Part shown: piece by piece, positions 11,569 through 24,758 of the stretch
Layout: every line of letters starts with the position of its first letter
Position numbering within the stretch: position 1 is the stretch's first letter
Assembly: GCA_951406725.2 (NCBI GenBank)
Contig: OX597815.1
Location: forward strand, 210,366,001-210,430,000
Length of the DNA stretch: 64,000 nt
From: Octopus vulgaris
Taxonomy: Eukaryota
Direction of reading: 5' to 3'
Translations under genes and position numbers: made by a program
The notes under the pieces: generated by a model
What the model saw: the letters and a program-made list of their open reading frames with translations, nothing else
What the model was told of the DNA's origin: nothing
Database searches by the model: none

Positions 11569-12858
11569 TAATCGGTTGTCGAGTATGAAATTTGTTGTAA
11601 GGTATATGGTAAACTTTGAGAGCTGCTCATTTTGCGACATTATTATATTTTAACAATCTTTATTTTTTGTTAGAAAGTTGACACCTCCATTTCTTTATTC
11701 TAACTCATTTTGCGCTTTGTACAGTATTTAGAAATCGTTTTTTGCTATTTTTGTCTAGTGATGTATAAGTCAGAACTTCGTACAGTTTTGAAATATGAGC
11801 CCTTTCTTGGAAATACAGCATCACAGACAGTTCGAAATATTAATGGAGTATTTCATTCTAATGTTATTACACAGTAGACAGTATCAAATCGGTTTGCAAA
11901 ATTTCGTTCTAGTAAGTTTGACCTCACAAATGAGCAACCCGGTCGATCAGAAATAAATGTGGATAATGACAAACTGAAAGCCACTGTCGAGTCAGATCCA
12001 TCTCAAAGGGCCCGTAAATTGTCGTTGTTGTTTGCAGTTAGCGAGCAAACAATATTGACTCACCTAGTTTAAATCGGTAAAGTGAAAAAGTTGGTTAAGC
12101 GGGTTCGACATGAACTCAATGAAAATCAAAAACAGCAACGCTTGGAAGCCTGCATTATGCTACTTTCCTGACACAAAAATGAATAATTTGAGAATCGAAT
12201 TGTAAGATGTGATGAGAAATGGATCCAATACAACAACCGTAAACGTTCAGCACAATGGTTGGACAAAGATTAGCCATCAAAACAGATTCCAAAAGGCAAA
12301 TTCATTGAAAGAAGATGATGGTGTGTGTTTGGTGGTCTGGTGCAGGTGTGATCCATTATGATTTCCTTAAACCTGGCTCATCAATCACGGCTGAAATATA
12401 CCGCAGCCAGCTGGACCAAATGATGCAGAAACTTACAAACAAATAGTTTAGGTTAATCAACAGATCCACTCCTATTATATTGGAAGACAACGTCAGACCA
12501 CACATCGCAAAACTGACATTGGCGAAACTACAAGAGTTGCAGTTGGAAGTTATCCATCATCCACCATACTCACCTGATCTTGCCCCCACTGACTACCACT
12601 TCTTTCAGAACTTGGATAACTTTTTGATAGGAAAAAATAAATTTAATTCTGTCGATGCTGTAAAACAGACATTCCAAGATTTTATTGACTCTAGATTGCC
12701 AGAATTTTACTTTTACAGTTCCGTGCTGGACAAGCTACCATTGACACGTGTATTGACTATATGGGTGCATACTTTGATGAATAAATATACTCCTTGTATT
12801 TATAAAACATTAACAAACATTTTTCTTTTGTACAAATTTCATATTTGACGACCTAATA
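11569..12858 (+). mobile_element. Decayed mariner (DD34D) DNA transposon
   Basis: ~25-bp imperfect TIRs (taatcggttgtcgagtatgaaattt / aaatttcatatttgacgacctaata). Transposase relic from 11761 (MYKSELRTVLKYE) with RVRHEL (cf. WVPHEL), CDEKWI, EDNVRPH and PPYSPDLAPTDYHFF; many stops. Confidence 0.9.
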
Positions 12859-14394
12859 TTTAATGAGTCTCAGAAAGGGAAACTGCATGTCGAACCATTT
12901 TCCACGTGCTAGGTTTGCTTCTAATTCATAAGTGGTGTGTTGGTATTTAATCGGATAACATTGTTACCAAACTTTAACATTTTATCGTTTTTTTTTCTTT
13001 TGCCGTCTCAAATATGATTAATCTTATCTGTCACTCTCTGATACAGTCAACGCTATTAATAAAGATTGCTTTAAGAAATGGTAAGTGTTATTTAATTCCA
13101 GATCTGTTCTAACCAAGTAAACTGATAACTAAAGCGTTCAAGCTTCGACCATCCAATTTTTGTATTCAGACATATATTGAATTTATAAGATAAGTTTCAA
13201 GGAAATAAGCTTTGATTTCAAGGAAATCGGCCTACGATTGTGGATCGATCATGTAAAGCCTCATTCGCTGGCTTGTATGGGTATCCGGTAAATGTAGAAT
13301 TGAAGCCAATATCTCTCTTTTCTAAGAAGACATGCAAAACAATTTGAAATTTAATGTTAATCGACGTACATGAATTTCTCTTATGCAAAACGTACATTTT
13401 AGGTCGATAATCTTTTTTCACCAAAGTTTTATATTTTCAATATTTATCTTTTTTATTGACATTTAACATATCAAATAACTTTAGATATCTTCGTAGTTAT
13501 TTTATTTCAGTAATATTCACAGTATATAAAACGAATACTAAACGGAACACATAAATTTTTACAAAATAAAATGTTAACATGTTGAAAAATTGCAAAGATA
13601 TTCTTCATTACTTTGTAACGATTTTAAAGAAGTTTTTACAAAAAAGGAATAAATGGCATTCTACAAAAATAATAAGAGAGTAGCATGTTGATATTAGTGA
13701 AAGATATATGGAAAGAGGAGAAAAATGAAATTCTTCAAGAATCTTAGTTTAAAATATTGCCACATTAAGAAAATATAAATTATTTGGTTCTCTACGTTGA
13801 CAGAAATTTAGCAACGTTTCGTATTATATAGGAGATATTTGTTCAGTTCTCCATTACTTTGTTCAGGAATTCATGAATACATTCAAACTTTCTCTGCTTT
13901 TACTTCTATGTGATGCCGTACGTGAGGTTTATGGACAGGACATTTTTGACGTGAATGTTCTTGTTAGTCTGAAACAACTAGAAGTACTTTTGCATTAGTC
14001 GTGCACGTATATGCGATGCTGACTCTACTGCAGAGTAAAGCGATAGCCCCGGATGATATTTGCATAGTGAGCACAGTATGAAGTTAGGCAAAGTGGCTTG
14101 TCTCGTGAATTACCACTTTAAAGATAATCATGGTTGAGAATTTCATTGAGATTCTTACGAACAAAACAAACACTAAGATAAACTTTTGCAGATTTGAGTC
14201 CCAGGAGCACCTGCTGGCTACATGATTACTGAAGGCACTCTTCAGTGTTTGAATAATGTTGTTGTATTGGGTTGCCAGTCTTCAGGAAGTGATTTAGGTT
14301 ATCTTCCTTGAATACATTCGAAGTTAACGTTTCAAGTTACCAGTACCATTTAGGTTACTTAGCACCGTGATTGTGACTGTGCATCAGATGTGGC

Positions 14395-14397
<3 letters not shown>

Positions 14398-14459
<62 letters not shown>

Positions 14460-14515
14460 ATATGTATATACATATATATATATGTATATATTTGTTTTTT
14501 TTTTTTTTTTTTTTT

Positions 14516-14584
<69 letters not shown>

Positions 14585-14613
14585 GTATATATGTATATTT
14601 GTACATATATATA
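14398..14613. repeat. (TA)n/(TG)n/poly-T microsatellite block
   Basis: Direct inspection; explains the YI-repeat ORFs. Confidence 0.95.
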
Positions 14614-15347
14614 TTTAAAACATTAATTTCACACCGACCATCTCTGTATGGAAATAAGGCATATTTTGCTACGCTACACACAAAAAGAAGCTTAACTGTT
14701 ACTGTACATTCCGAATTTGTTATGGAATTTGAGAATAGAAAAAGAAAGAAAAAAAACAAACAGAATGAAAAGGCTGGCGTTTGTTTGGGGATTCACCATC
14801 GTGAACAAACAAGTATGGGAAGAAGCAGATGTAAAAATGAAGCTTCCACCTTTGATGACAGAATTTCACTCATCGACTATCATAAAAATCTGAAAATCTT
14901 ATTATACGCATCCACTTGTGACACTTAAATCCTGACAGAGTCTTTGATGTTTGTCTTCCAAATAGTGTATGAATTACAATGACCACACGGTAACGGCTAA
15001 TTCAATAAAATTTACAACAAATATTATGAACAATCTAACTCCAAACTTACATGCTAAATACACATACATGCATAAACTTCTGCATACATACAACACTTAG
15101 GAAACATATTCACAAATAATTATTATCAACATTCCTATGTACATATGTGCACACAATATAAATTTATACATAAATGCATACACACATGCACACACGTACA
15201 TATATATTCATACATACCTATATGTATATATATATATATTTAAGTAGGTGAATGAATTATCCTATGTTTATCGTTAGCATGGAAAATTCGTTTAACCGAG
15301 AGTAAAGGAATTTTCTTAACATCTTCGTTCGACTCTATTCTTTCATT

Positions 15348-15438
<91 letters not shown>

Positions 15439-15611
15439 GTTTTTATATATATATGTGTGTGTATGTATGTGTGTATAGATAGATAAACCACAGAAATATT
15501 TTTTTTCTTTTGCCCTTGTTTATAATTTTAACCTTTAAATGTATTTTAATATGATGCCACTTTTGATGAAATTTTTCCTGAAATATTTTTATCCTATATT
15601 AGTAATATATC

Positions 15612-15705
<94 letters not shown>

Positions 15706-15715
15706 GATAGATAGA
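15612..15715. repeat. (GATA)n microsatellite
   Basis: Direct inspection. Confidence 0.97.
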
Positions 15716-16402
15716 TTTTGAGGGGTTGAAAGCCTTTCCATCTATCATCATGTATTTTCAGTTTTGCGTTTTACGCTGTCATCCTTTGTGAAAATTCTTC
15801 ATGTACTCTTTGCTTCCCTTGTCTTCTAACCTGTCTGTCCAATTTTCTACTTACTACCTCATTCTTGAGCTCTCCTCTCATTAACCTATTCAGCTACCCT
15901 ATTTCTTTTCGTGTCTTTTCCAACATCATTCGTATTCTCTTCCTCCAGTTTTGTTATTTCTTTTCAAATCCTTTCATTACTTCAGTCTCCCGCTCGTGCC
16001 TGTCTTGAAATTACTTCTATATATGAAAGATGGCAGTTAGCAGATATAAAAAAAAGACAAACGATGAGAGAGCAGAGACATGGGTTTCTGAAAGCTCAAG
16101 TGCATAAGATAATGCGTGGGGAGACGTTCAGTATGTTCGCGTACATACGTTTGTACGTCTATATATAAGTTCCCACACAGTTCTTTGTACTCCATCTGCC
16201 TACTCTTAAGTCAATACCATAATGGGCCCAAAGTCTAGGCAGAATCAGATATAGCAGCTGGTGAGTATGTGCATATTGAGGCATTCCGTCGATTACGACG
16301 ACGGGAGGTTCTAGATGATCTAATCAACGAAAGCCTATATGTGTGAGTGTGTGTAGACATATATGTATATATGGATAACTATAAATATGTATATATATGT
16401 AC

Positions 16403-16454
<52 letters not shown>

Positions 16455-16495
16455 GGGGTAGTATAATCAGCAGTGGACTAAAACCTCATATTCTA

Positions 16496-16550
<55 letters not shown>

Positions 16551-16568
16551 TTATCTATCTGTCTATCT

Positions 16569-16599
<31 letters not shown>

Positions 16600-16601
16600 C
16601 A

Positions 16602-17650
16602 ACTTATAAACAAGGGCAAAAGAAACATTTTTCTAATGCCAAATATGCCGAAACTAGACACATTTCTAAAAAATTCCGTTATTACCATATCGAACCCGAT
16701 TTCACAGTTAATTCATAAGAACCTTCTCTTCGGCAGTGATAAATGCGGCAAAGAAATAAATGAAATACTTACTTATACCCATGGAAGAAGTAAACACTAA
16801 GTCATGAGCACATTTAAGTACCCCAAATACATCCAAAATAGAAATTCTCCAGTCCATTCGAGACACGTGCGATTCGAACTGAAAACTCTCATGGAGTGAG
16901 AGAGTCCGGAAGTGAACACTATTAAATTTACATCTAATATAGGATAACATTTTTCGAAAAAAATTTACTCAATGACCATCATATTAAAAAATACTTTTAA
17001 AGGCTAAAGGTATTCTTCGAAACGGGTGCTTATAGTGATGAATTATATGGTTATGGACGATATGTCTAGTTTCGGCATATTTGGCATTAGAATTTTTCTT
17101 CTTTTGCCCTTGTTTATAAGTTGTCTATAAATTTAACCTTTAAAGGTATTTTTTTAATATGCTGGTCATTGATAACATTTTTTTCGAAAAATGTTATCCT
17201 ATATTAGATGTAAATTTAATAGTGTTCACTTCCGGACTCTCTCACTCTATGAGAGTTTTCAGTTCGAATCGCACGTGTCTCGAACGGGCGGGAAAAATTT
17301 CTATTTTGGATGTATTTGGGGTACTTAAATGTGCTCATGACTTAGTGTTTGCTTCTTCTATGGGTATAAGTATTTAATTTATCACTGACGAAGAGAAGGT
17401 TCTTATGAATTAACCGTGAAATCGGGTCCGATATGGTAATAACGGAATTTTTTAGAAATTTCTGTCGGCTTTCATCGAAACAGATGCTTATAGTGATGGA
17501 TTATATGGCTATGGACGATGTCTAGTTTCGGCATATTTGGCATTAGAAATTATTTCCTTTGCCCTTGTTTATAAATTTAACCTTTAAAGGTATCTTTTAA
17601 TATGCTGGCCATTGATAACATTTTTCCGAAAAATTTAATCTATATTAGAT
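16602..17650. repeat. Large foldback: inverted and tandem copies of a ~455-bp unit
   Basis: 16660-17008 is the reverse complement of 17130-17460, and 16602-16658 is the reverse complement of 17518-17573. 17020-17210 repeats directly at 17477-17650. A further partial copy lies at ~15492-15602. Confidence 0.88.
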
Positions 17651-17673
17651 GTGTATATACATACATATATACA

Positions 17674-17721
<48 letters not shown>

Positions 17722-17723
<2 letters not shown>

Positions 17724-18918
17724 GTACTCTTTAACTTTCTTACTTAGCATCATAGCATCATAATTTTTAAATATCTATAAAACTGTCGAAAGCTTTTATA
17801 TTTTTACGCTTTTTTATTTATTATTAGTGTTGCTTAATACTTTTTGCTAAACATGCTGCTTCTTTTCAGATACCATCAGAAAAAGGTAATTAAAATTCAT
17901 TAAAATGACAGATTTATCGAACTTTCAAAGAGGTCAAATCGTTTGTACTCGTATGGCAGGCGCTAGGGTAACGGAAACAGCCGAAATGTTTCGTGTATGA
18001 AGAAGTACTGTCTCGAAAGTAATGACAGTCTTTGAGAAAGAGGGAACAACCTCTTCGTCGAAACAAAACTCCGGAAGAAAAACCAAACCATTCAGATAGG
18101 GACCGTCAGAATATTACGCGAATTGTTAGAAAGGATCACAAAAGAACTGCTTCCAAAATTACTGTAGAGCTTAATGACCACCGAGAGAACCCAGTTTCCA
18201 CAAATGCTGTTCGCCGGGAGCTGCACAAAGCCGGATTTCACGGGGGGTTGCAATCAGAAACCTACTAATTTCAAAAACAAACGTTTCAAAGCGTTTAGAG
18301 TGGAGTAAAAACCTAAAGAATTGGTCTTTAGAGCAGTGAAAGAATGTTATTTCCTTGGACGAATCATCCTTTACCTTATTTCCGACCACCGGCTGAGTAC
18401 ACGTGTAGAGACCACCAAAAGAAGCATCTGACATAGACTGCCTTCTTCCAACTGTTAAAGATGGAGGGGGATCTGTGATTATTGGGGCGGGGGGAGGGCT
18501 ATATCTTGGAAATCGTATACTTGCGAAACAGTTTCCGGAGGGTAATGCCATCTTTCAGGTTGATAATGCACCAATTCACACAGCTAAATTTGTTATTGAA
18601 TGGCACGAGGAACATTCTAGTGAAGTTGAATATCTTATCTGGCCACCAGAGTCAGCAGATCTCAATATTATTGAACATTTATGGTGCACTTTAGAAAAGC
18701 AAGGAGTTGATCTCCTCCACCGTCACCACTACAAAACCTGGAGATTATTTTAACTGAAGAAGGGACAAAAAATTCCTTTGGAAATAATTCAAACTTTGTA
18801 CGAGTCCATACCCCGTAGAATTCAAGATGCAATTACTGCCAAAGGCGGTCCTACCCCATATTAAAATATATTTGTTTCAAATTTTAAGATGCTTAGGTTA
18901 TTTTGTCCAACCCCTGTA
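17722..18918 (+). mobile_element. Decayed Tc1-like (DD34E) transposon; 5' TIR lost next to a TA tract; internal deletion
   Basis: From 17905 MTDLSNFQRGQIVCTRMAGARVTETAEMF..., then DES, FQVDNAPIH, WPPESADLNIIEHLW, KGGPTPY* (18864). 3' end ttttgtccaacccctg followed by TA. Confidence 0.9.
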
Positions 18919-19999
18919 TATGTTAGATAGATAGATAGTAAGATAGATGGCGTTGTGATGATATATGTGAAGTGATATAATTAGAGGAACACGTGAGCAA
19001 CTGTCTTATTTACATTGATTTTTATACGCTCACTTCATTAAAATATAACTAATTATTCGCAGAACATTGCTCTTTGATTGTGCATATATAACATACTTTT
19101 GAATATTATTCCATTGTGCAAGGTACACTGTATAAATACTGTATTCAAGAACATACATTTATAAAAATCCTTAATTTCTTACATATTTTCTTTTCGTTTT
19201 TTCTTCTTAGCAGTTTGTAGTTTTCTTCTAAACACGCTAATCCCATTGTGTGTTCAATCTGTATTACTTCCTATATATAATGTTAGTTCTAGAAATACAA
19301 TTTTCATACCAGCAGTTGACGAAATACATGAAATTAATTTAGATCTATTCAAAACTTTATAAATGTTATGTTCACAGTAGATTATATTTTTCTTTCAAAT
19401 TGTAACTTCTACATTTATACATTCTTTTTTAAATAATAGGCAAATATTAAGCTTCCCCTGTGTATTGGATGCATTTTTAAATATCTGTAATCTCTCAATA
19501 TATTTTACTAAATATATGTGTTAATATTGCATGTTAAGCATATTATATTTCAAAGTAATATAATATGAATGAAGCTATATTTCTTACAGCAGATTTATCC
19601 ACTAAAGATGTATATTTTTAAAATTTAACAAGCTCGTAAAATATTCCATGTATTTATACTCTACGTAAACGAAGTGGCTCATTCTTAAATCCAAGAAAGA
19701 AGTTTCGATTAAATATATCTGGATATAAAATGTTTATGACACTTTTTCTTTTATATTTTAGTAACTTTGCATTGTCTTTTTGTTAATTTAAATAGGTTAT
19801 CCCAATGGTTATATACTGGGCTATTCAAAAATCCAGTTAGCTAATCCTTGAAACTCATTTAAACTGTAAAGAAACTTTACTTCACTCTCTATAATAAATA
19901 TGATACCACAAAATTATCTCATTTATATATATATATATATATTTGTATGTATATATATATATATGTATAGTATACATATATATATATACATATATACAT

Positions 20000-20030
<31 letters not shown>

Positions 20031-20043
20031 CATACATATGTAC

Positions 20044-20085
<42 letters not shown>

Positions 20086-20608
20086 CTTTTTCTCTCATTC
20101 TTGCTCTGTGTATAAATATTCATTACATGTATATATAAAATATTCCCATGTTTGCATACAAATACACACGCTCACAAAACCCCACAAAAACACACACACA
20201 CACGCACTCAAACACACACAAAAGCACATATGTAATGGGAGTTGGGTAACAAAAACATTGATAAATTATTTGATACTTCTATGGGTTCCTGTGAGAGCAC
20301 TCTGTTGTGTATATAATAATTTTACACACAAGATTTCTCGAAAATACTATTCACCGCTATATGTTTAGGAACTTACAGGGATTACATTCAATAATGTGGT
20401 ATAATCCTGTTTTTACTGAACTCTAAAAACCAATATATCAAAGAAGTTCCCGGAATTATTGTTGTACGCATTACAAGATATGAAAAGTTAATATTGTTAA
20501 AGTTAGCTACTCTGCTTATAAAAACTTATCAACTCCTATGAGTTGCGACATTGTTGTAAAAAACAACTTACTATTACAAACGACGTGAAAAGAAATCTCA
20601 TAACTAAC

Positions 20609-20982
20609 TGGATGGAAGCATTCCGTCGGTTACGACGACGAGCGTTCCGGTTGATCCGAATCAACGGAACAGCCTGCTCGTGAAATTAATGTGTAAGTGG
20701 CTGAGCACTCCACAGACACGTGTACCCTTAACGTAGTTCTCGAGGATATTCAGCGTGACACAGAGAGTGACAAGGCCGGCCCTTTGAAATACAGGTACAA
20801 CAGAAACTGGAAGTAAGAGTGAGAGAAAGTTGTGGTGAAAGAGTACAGCAGGGATCACCACCATCCCCTGCCGGAGCCTCGTGGAGCTTTTAGGTGTTTT
20901 CGCTCAATAAACACTAACAACGCCCGGTCTGGGAATCGAAACCTCGAGTCCGCTGTCCTAACCACTGGGCCATTGCGCCTCC
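20609..20982 (-). mobile_element. tRNA-derived SINE (family B)
   Basis: Head ggaggcgcaatggcccagtggttagg on the minus strand; body nearly identical to 36440-36827. Confidence 0.9.
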
Positions 20983-21059
20983 GTACTAAACTACACATGT
21001 GCGAAATCTCTACGGCATTATGGAACAACTGAATATGTGTGTGATTGTGTGTGTGATTG

Positions 21060-21210
21060 TGTGGACGCCCCAAGAGGATGAAGTAGGCTAGCCCAATACG
21101 TAGATATAGAGGGAGAAGTCTAACCATCAAGGGAGACTAGAACGGAGTAGAGTAGAGTAGAGTTGAGTAGTAGAGCCATCCGAACGTGCAATATAAAAGT
21201 GGCGACGAGG
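21060..21210 (+). mobile_element. Possible short LTR remnant followed by a Gypsy-type primer-binding site
   Basis: Starts TGTGG, purine-rich (gagta)n body, then aagTGGCGACGAGg (~21198-21210), a PBS-like motif I recall from Ty3/Gypsy elements. No internal domain follows. Confidence 0.35.
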
Positions 21211-22859
21211 ATTTCGTAGCTCACACGGCCACTTTGTAGTATTGCGATATAACACTGTGTGTGTACTGAAAATGCGAATCCTGCAGCGTAGACTTCCATT
21301 TACTAAATACGAATTGTGTCTGCTTTACGAAGATTTTTGTCGAAACGTTCGATTGCGGGCAAATCTGCTGGGTCCATTCCTGGTTTACACTCTCAGTTGC
21401 ATCGCCACGAAGCTTTACAGTGCACCGTGCTATCATATGTGTCTATCAATTTATGCAAACACGATCATAAAATCCCTTTATTGCATTGGCTTGCTAAAGA
21501 ATTATTACTGGCGTATGTTATCTTCATAAAACTTCCTAGTCTCTTCCAAAATCAATAACTTAGTTATACTAATTGGAGTATTATATAAGCATTTTTAACT
21601 CTAAAAACGAACACATTGCGTGGAGAGACCCAGAAAAAAATGAAGTGGCAACAAGTATTCGACCTTCTTCCTTCTTCATACTCACACAAGTATTTGTTTC
21701 TTTGCTTTATATGCTTCATATTATAGTATCAGGAAACAATAAGAGGTAAATTCTAACAGTATTTTCCGCTGGCACTGTACATGCATTTCAATGTCTCAGA
21801 CTATTTTCATTAGAACATCGAGCAGTACCGAATCATAAACCACATCACAAGCGTCTTAATTCTTGCACCGTTTCCTGGCGTCTATTAAACATTTCAGCGT
21901 AACGTGTCAACTGCTGTAATTTTCGGCTTGATGTCAGTAATTGAGTTTCATCATGCAAATTAAAAGAAAAAGACACCCAAAATGAAATATGTAATTTTTT
22001 ACGACGAGTATGAAAAGAATATTGAATGTTAAAATTTAATCCATTCAGAAGCGTTGTTCATAACAGTTATACACATTGATTTTGATTTTGGAATAAACTG
22101 AGAAGTTTTATGAAGATATAAACTTTTAAAGTAAGAAGAGATTATGAATCTTTCTTCAAAATTTACTTCTTCGATATTACTTAGGGACATTTTTCAGACT
22201 TTTGCATATGAACATACATATCATGTGTATTTCTTATCTTTGCGTCAGCATGTTTGAGAGTACTTGTATTACATTGCATGACACAAACACACTTACACAC
22301 TCAGACACACACTCATAGATGCATATATATATGTGTATGTGTGTGTTTGTGTGAGTGTGTATGTGTGTAGAAATCGCTGGTAGAAATGACGAGAAATGGA
22401 AAACGGATGCTGGGAAGGGTGCAGACGTGATATTTCCAGGAGAAGTGGAGGACCAGAGTGAACTGACATGCATGCACATAATGTTAGTTGATTTGGATTG
22501 CGCCGTACTTAGTATAACAACATACCATGAAGGTGGAAAGGTTTGCATATAAGCTGAGAGCTTGAAATGACACCTGGCTGTGCATGCTGACCAAAAACTG
22601 TCTCCTGATTTTGTTTGGTGCAATCATGTATGTAAACACTTGTGCCTAAAAATGTACATCACTTTCCAACATGAAAAGTCACATCCGTGTTACTCACACA
22701 CGAGTTTCTTCAATTGTTCAAGCGACGGTTAAACCGAAAACAAGGAAGCAGCCATCGTTTATGTATGTGTAATAAAAATATAAACTATATAACGGTTACA
22801 TAGGGCAAAATAATATTTAGTATATGTCCTACAAATATCCTACGGCACGTTTTAATGAT

Positions 22860-23072
22860 TTGAAAATTTGGCACAAAGCCAGTAGTTTTCTGGTAGCGAG
22901 TAAGTCGATTACATCGACCCCCAATGTTCAACAGGTGTACTTATTTTATCACCCGCGCGTGGATAAAAGGTAAAATCGTTCTCGAAGAATTCTAACTCAG
23001 AGCATAAAGACGAATGAAATACTGCTAAACATTTTGTCCGGCGTGCTGACGATTCTGTCAGCTCACCGCCTT
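22860..23072 (-). mobile_element. Diverged tRNA-derived Nin/Deu-domain-like SINE (family C)
   Basis: Reverse complement resembles 37923-38155 (head ggcgg.gagctgacagaatcgtcagcacgccgg; ggggtcgatgtaatcgactta). Confidence 0.75.
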
Positions 23073-24224
23073 AATTTCAGTGACTTGATTAAAAAGAAAT
23101 TTTAATGCATCCATGGTTTTATCATTTGTCTTTTTGATAACACGACCTATCTGAATAATTTGTCGCTCTCCTATTCCAAATTCATGCAGTAGTAGAGCAT
23201 ATTAATCTTGTAATTCTTTTGCTTTTGCAAAATCGTAAATACTGAAAAGATAGACTTCTCCATGAATCTAATGTTATTACTGTACAAAACAAGCAACCCA
23301 CATATATACAAACAATATGAAGAAAACATATATAACGATAAAATGACATATAACAACAAAAATATTAGAAACTTGACGGTTTTCTTTCTTCGGATGTATA
23401 AGCTTCTTTCCTTGTTTCCTTTTCCGAGATAACTCTATCAAATTTATCCATGAAATATGTAATTAGTTTACTAATCATCTATTGAAGGTTGTTATAGCAT
23501 GAAAATCTCGTTGACAAAAAGAGGCAGCAGAGAATAAAACATACTGAGAACATCAGATGAAAATCTTGCGAATGCCAAAATTTACATTGCGTATATTTTT
23601 TGCAGTGTATCAACCAGAAAACGTGCATCGATACATTCAGGAATTAAATGAAATATCAATAAATACATATCACATATCAAGAAAATCAACTCACGTTTGG
23701 CATTGTCACTAACAATAAATTACCTACGTCCTTTCTTGTAAACATATGCGTGTCTATGGAGGCGTATGTATCTGGTCACGCTAATATATTCACATGTGTA
23801 TAGGTGTATATACGTGTGTGCCTGTATACCTGTATACATACATATGCATATGTATATAAATATATATACATATACTTATATATACATATACTTATATATG
23901 CATATACATATATAGATATATATACATATACATATATAGATGTATATATACATATACATATATATATATGCATATACATACATATATATATACACATATA
24001 CATACATAGATATATATATATATACATATACATACCTAGAAATATTTACATACACACACACACACATATATATATATGGCATAATTTCATACACACACTC
24101 CCGAAAAAAGTGTGGAATCGATGAGAGATAAATAGATAAATAAAAAAATATATCTCAAGCTATAATTATATTCTCTTATGTATGTTAAAGAAATGCACAC
24201 TTACACACACATACACACACACAT

Positions 24225-24313
<89 letters not shown>

Positions 24314-24317
<4 letters not shown>

Positions 24318-24648
24318 GTATATAATTATAAAAATATGATTATAATTAAAGGAGCTTGAATACCAGCGCCTATACGCTAGAAGTAGATGTCGAATATCTG
24401 CAATCCACTCTAAATTTGTTCTCTGTTTATAACCCCAGTTCAAATGCGAGGTAATGAGTATGAAAATTTACAAAATATCGGATTATAAATAAAGGGGTTA
24501 CAAATAGAGAACAAATTTAGAGCGGATTGTAGACACTACTTCTAGCGTATTAGACATCTACTTCTAGCGTATAGGCCCTCGCATTCCAGCGCCCTTAATT
24601 ATAATTGTACTCCAGCACACTTTATTATAATTATAGTTATATACTTAA
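24314..24648. repeat. Palindromic MITE-like element
   Basis: Arms ~24314-24436 and ~24493-24648 are reverse complements (cctatacgctagaagtagatgtc / gacatctacttctagcgtatagg; ctctaaatttgttctct / agagaacaaatttagag). Confidence 0.8.
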
Positions 24649-24758
24649 AAATTAATTTTACCGATAAGAAACCAGTGCGCTAACCACTGGTATAATCATT
24701 TTAAAGATTATATCCTCAATTTATAATTATACACACACACAGATACATATATATGTAT

